In this document: piece after piece, positions 62,750-64,000 of the stretch
Numbering within the stretch: position 1 is the first letter of the stretch
Layout of the letters: every line of letters starts with the position of its first letter
NCBI GenBank assembly: GCA_001949185.1
Contig: BDGG01000016.1
Location: 699,839 to 763,838 of the forward strand
Source: Ramazzottius varieornatus
Lineage: Eukaryota; Animalia; Tardigrada
Reading direction: 5' to 3'
DNA: 64,000 bases
Translations under genes and position numbers: made by a program
The notes under the pieces: generated by a model
Seen by the model: the letters and a program-made list of their open reading frames with translations, nothing else
The model's database searches: none
What the model was told of the DNA's origin: nothing

Positions 62750-63635
62750 TATTTGACCACTGGCCGAAAGCGGCAACGCTTCGATTGATCGTCAGTTAAG
62801 CCGGAAGATACCGCTTTCGGCCGGTGGCTGGAAATTTGTTCGCCGCCAGTAATTAGGCCAAGCGCGTGTACGAAGCTTGCTTGCAGACATACGAACGATG
62901 TCATTAAAATAGTTGCCGTATCAGCTAAGGACTCAAGAGCATGGCTTGATGCGTTACCCATTTCTGTTTTAGGTAATTTGCTGGACGACAACTCGTTTCC
63001 TATCTCAGTTGGTTTGCGTCTTGGGGCTAGGCTCGGTGAGCCTCATGTTTGTCGTTGCAAAAAACTTGTCGGCGAGCTGGGGCGCCACGGCTTGTCTTGT
63101 TAGTTGAGTGCCGGACGTCATTCTAGACATTCCGCTCTGAATGACTCCCTCCACCGTGCCCTCATCAGCTGCAAAGTCCCGAACGTCCTGAAGCCCAACG
63201 GGATCCTCAGGGACGACCAGAAACGACCTGACAGACTGACGCTCATCCCGTGGCAACAAGGTACGGGATGTAACCTGTGTTGACACTCTTGCGGAAACAT
63301 ACCTGCAAGGATCAGCGGGGCAGCTTGGTTATGCCGCCAGCAAGGCGGAAGAGCTCAAGAGACACAAGTACCGCGAGCTGGATGGTCGCTACCTGTGCTG
63401 TCCAGTAGCGTTCGAAACTTTCGGTCCTTTCGGGAACGAAGCATCCAGCCTTATCCAGAAAATAGGTAAAAGAATAGCAGAAGCCACCGGCGAAACAAGA
63501 TCTCTCTCGTTTTTGAAGCAAAAGCTTAGTATAGATATTCAACGTGGTAATGCTGCCTCTGTTTTCGGAACCTTTTCTAGTCATAGAGGTTTGGAGATCT
63601 ATTCTATTGTCGATATCAATAACCGAGATTTTTAG
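62750..63635 (+). mobile_element. 5'-truncated CRE-like non-LTR retrotransposon fragment (Zn knuckle + restriction-like endonuclease)
   Basis: [42 protein letters not shown] (frameshift) [46 protein letters not shown]; one in-frame stop and a deletion; the 5' boundary is approximate. Confidence 0.85.
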
Positions 63636-64000
63636 GTGATTTGTATTGTTTCATTGTTTTGGGGTCAGGTTCTACCGGGCCTCTTTATGCTTTTGCAAAT
63701 TTGCTTGCGTTTTTGTTTTTTTTTGGTAGATTGTATGTACAAATTTGAAGTCAAACTCAATTAATATTAGAACAGGAACGAAGTACGGGTGGAAGCATAA
63801 AGAAGAACCGTCGGAACACATCTTGATAGTCCAACCTAGTCCTCTTTGTTTGTCTGACCACCGGGCAACTGCATGTGCGTGCTTGAGGTAGCCGGTTTTG
63901 CTGGACTTATCATATCACATACAGCCTAGGTGTACAAAGAAGACGGTCTCGATGAAGGCAGTTACTCGTCTACCACTGCCGAAGTATTGTTGTAAAAGTG

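Overview
Compact, intron-rich metazoan genomic DNA. Short GT-AG introns and balanced GC suggest a small-genome ecdysozoan such as a tardigrade, but that is inference. Gene order: 3' end of a TENT4/PAPD5-type poly(A) polymerase (+); MRCK/Genghis khan kinase (-); two adjacent hAT-type MITEs; MED17 (+); a divergent Skp1 (-); an assembly gap inside a palindrome; a long-tailed H3.3-like pseudogene (+); an apparently disabled orphan gene (+); a ~22-kb Pax2/5/8 locus (-) with two candidate alternative first coding exons; PPAN/Ssf1 with an RGG tail (+); a Tc4/Tc5-type DNA transposon with 166-bp TIRs; and a CRE-like non-LTR fragment. The most striking unexplained structure is a dispersed ~125-bp palindrome family with at least 21 loci, roughly one per 3 kb, essentially all non-coding. 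Its eye-derived consensus is TGGGACGTCGGCAAATGAATTGAACAAGATCGTTTTCCCAAGTGGCGCAC-N25-(reverse complement). Copies are heavily diverged, yet the TGGCGCAC/GTGCGCCA cores and the 24-26-bp spacer length are held, some copies show copy-specific arm covariation, and some form 73-78-bp-period dimers. Exon boundaries were read by eye and no database searches were run.
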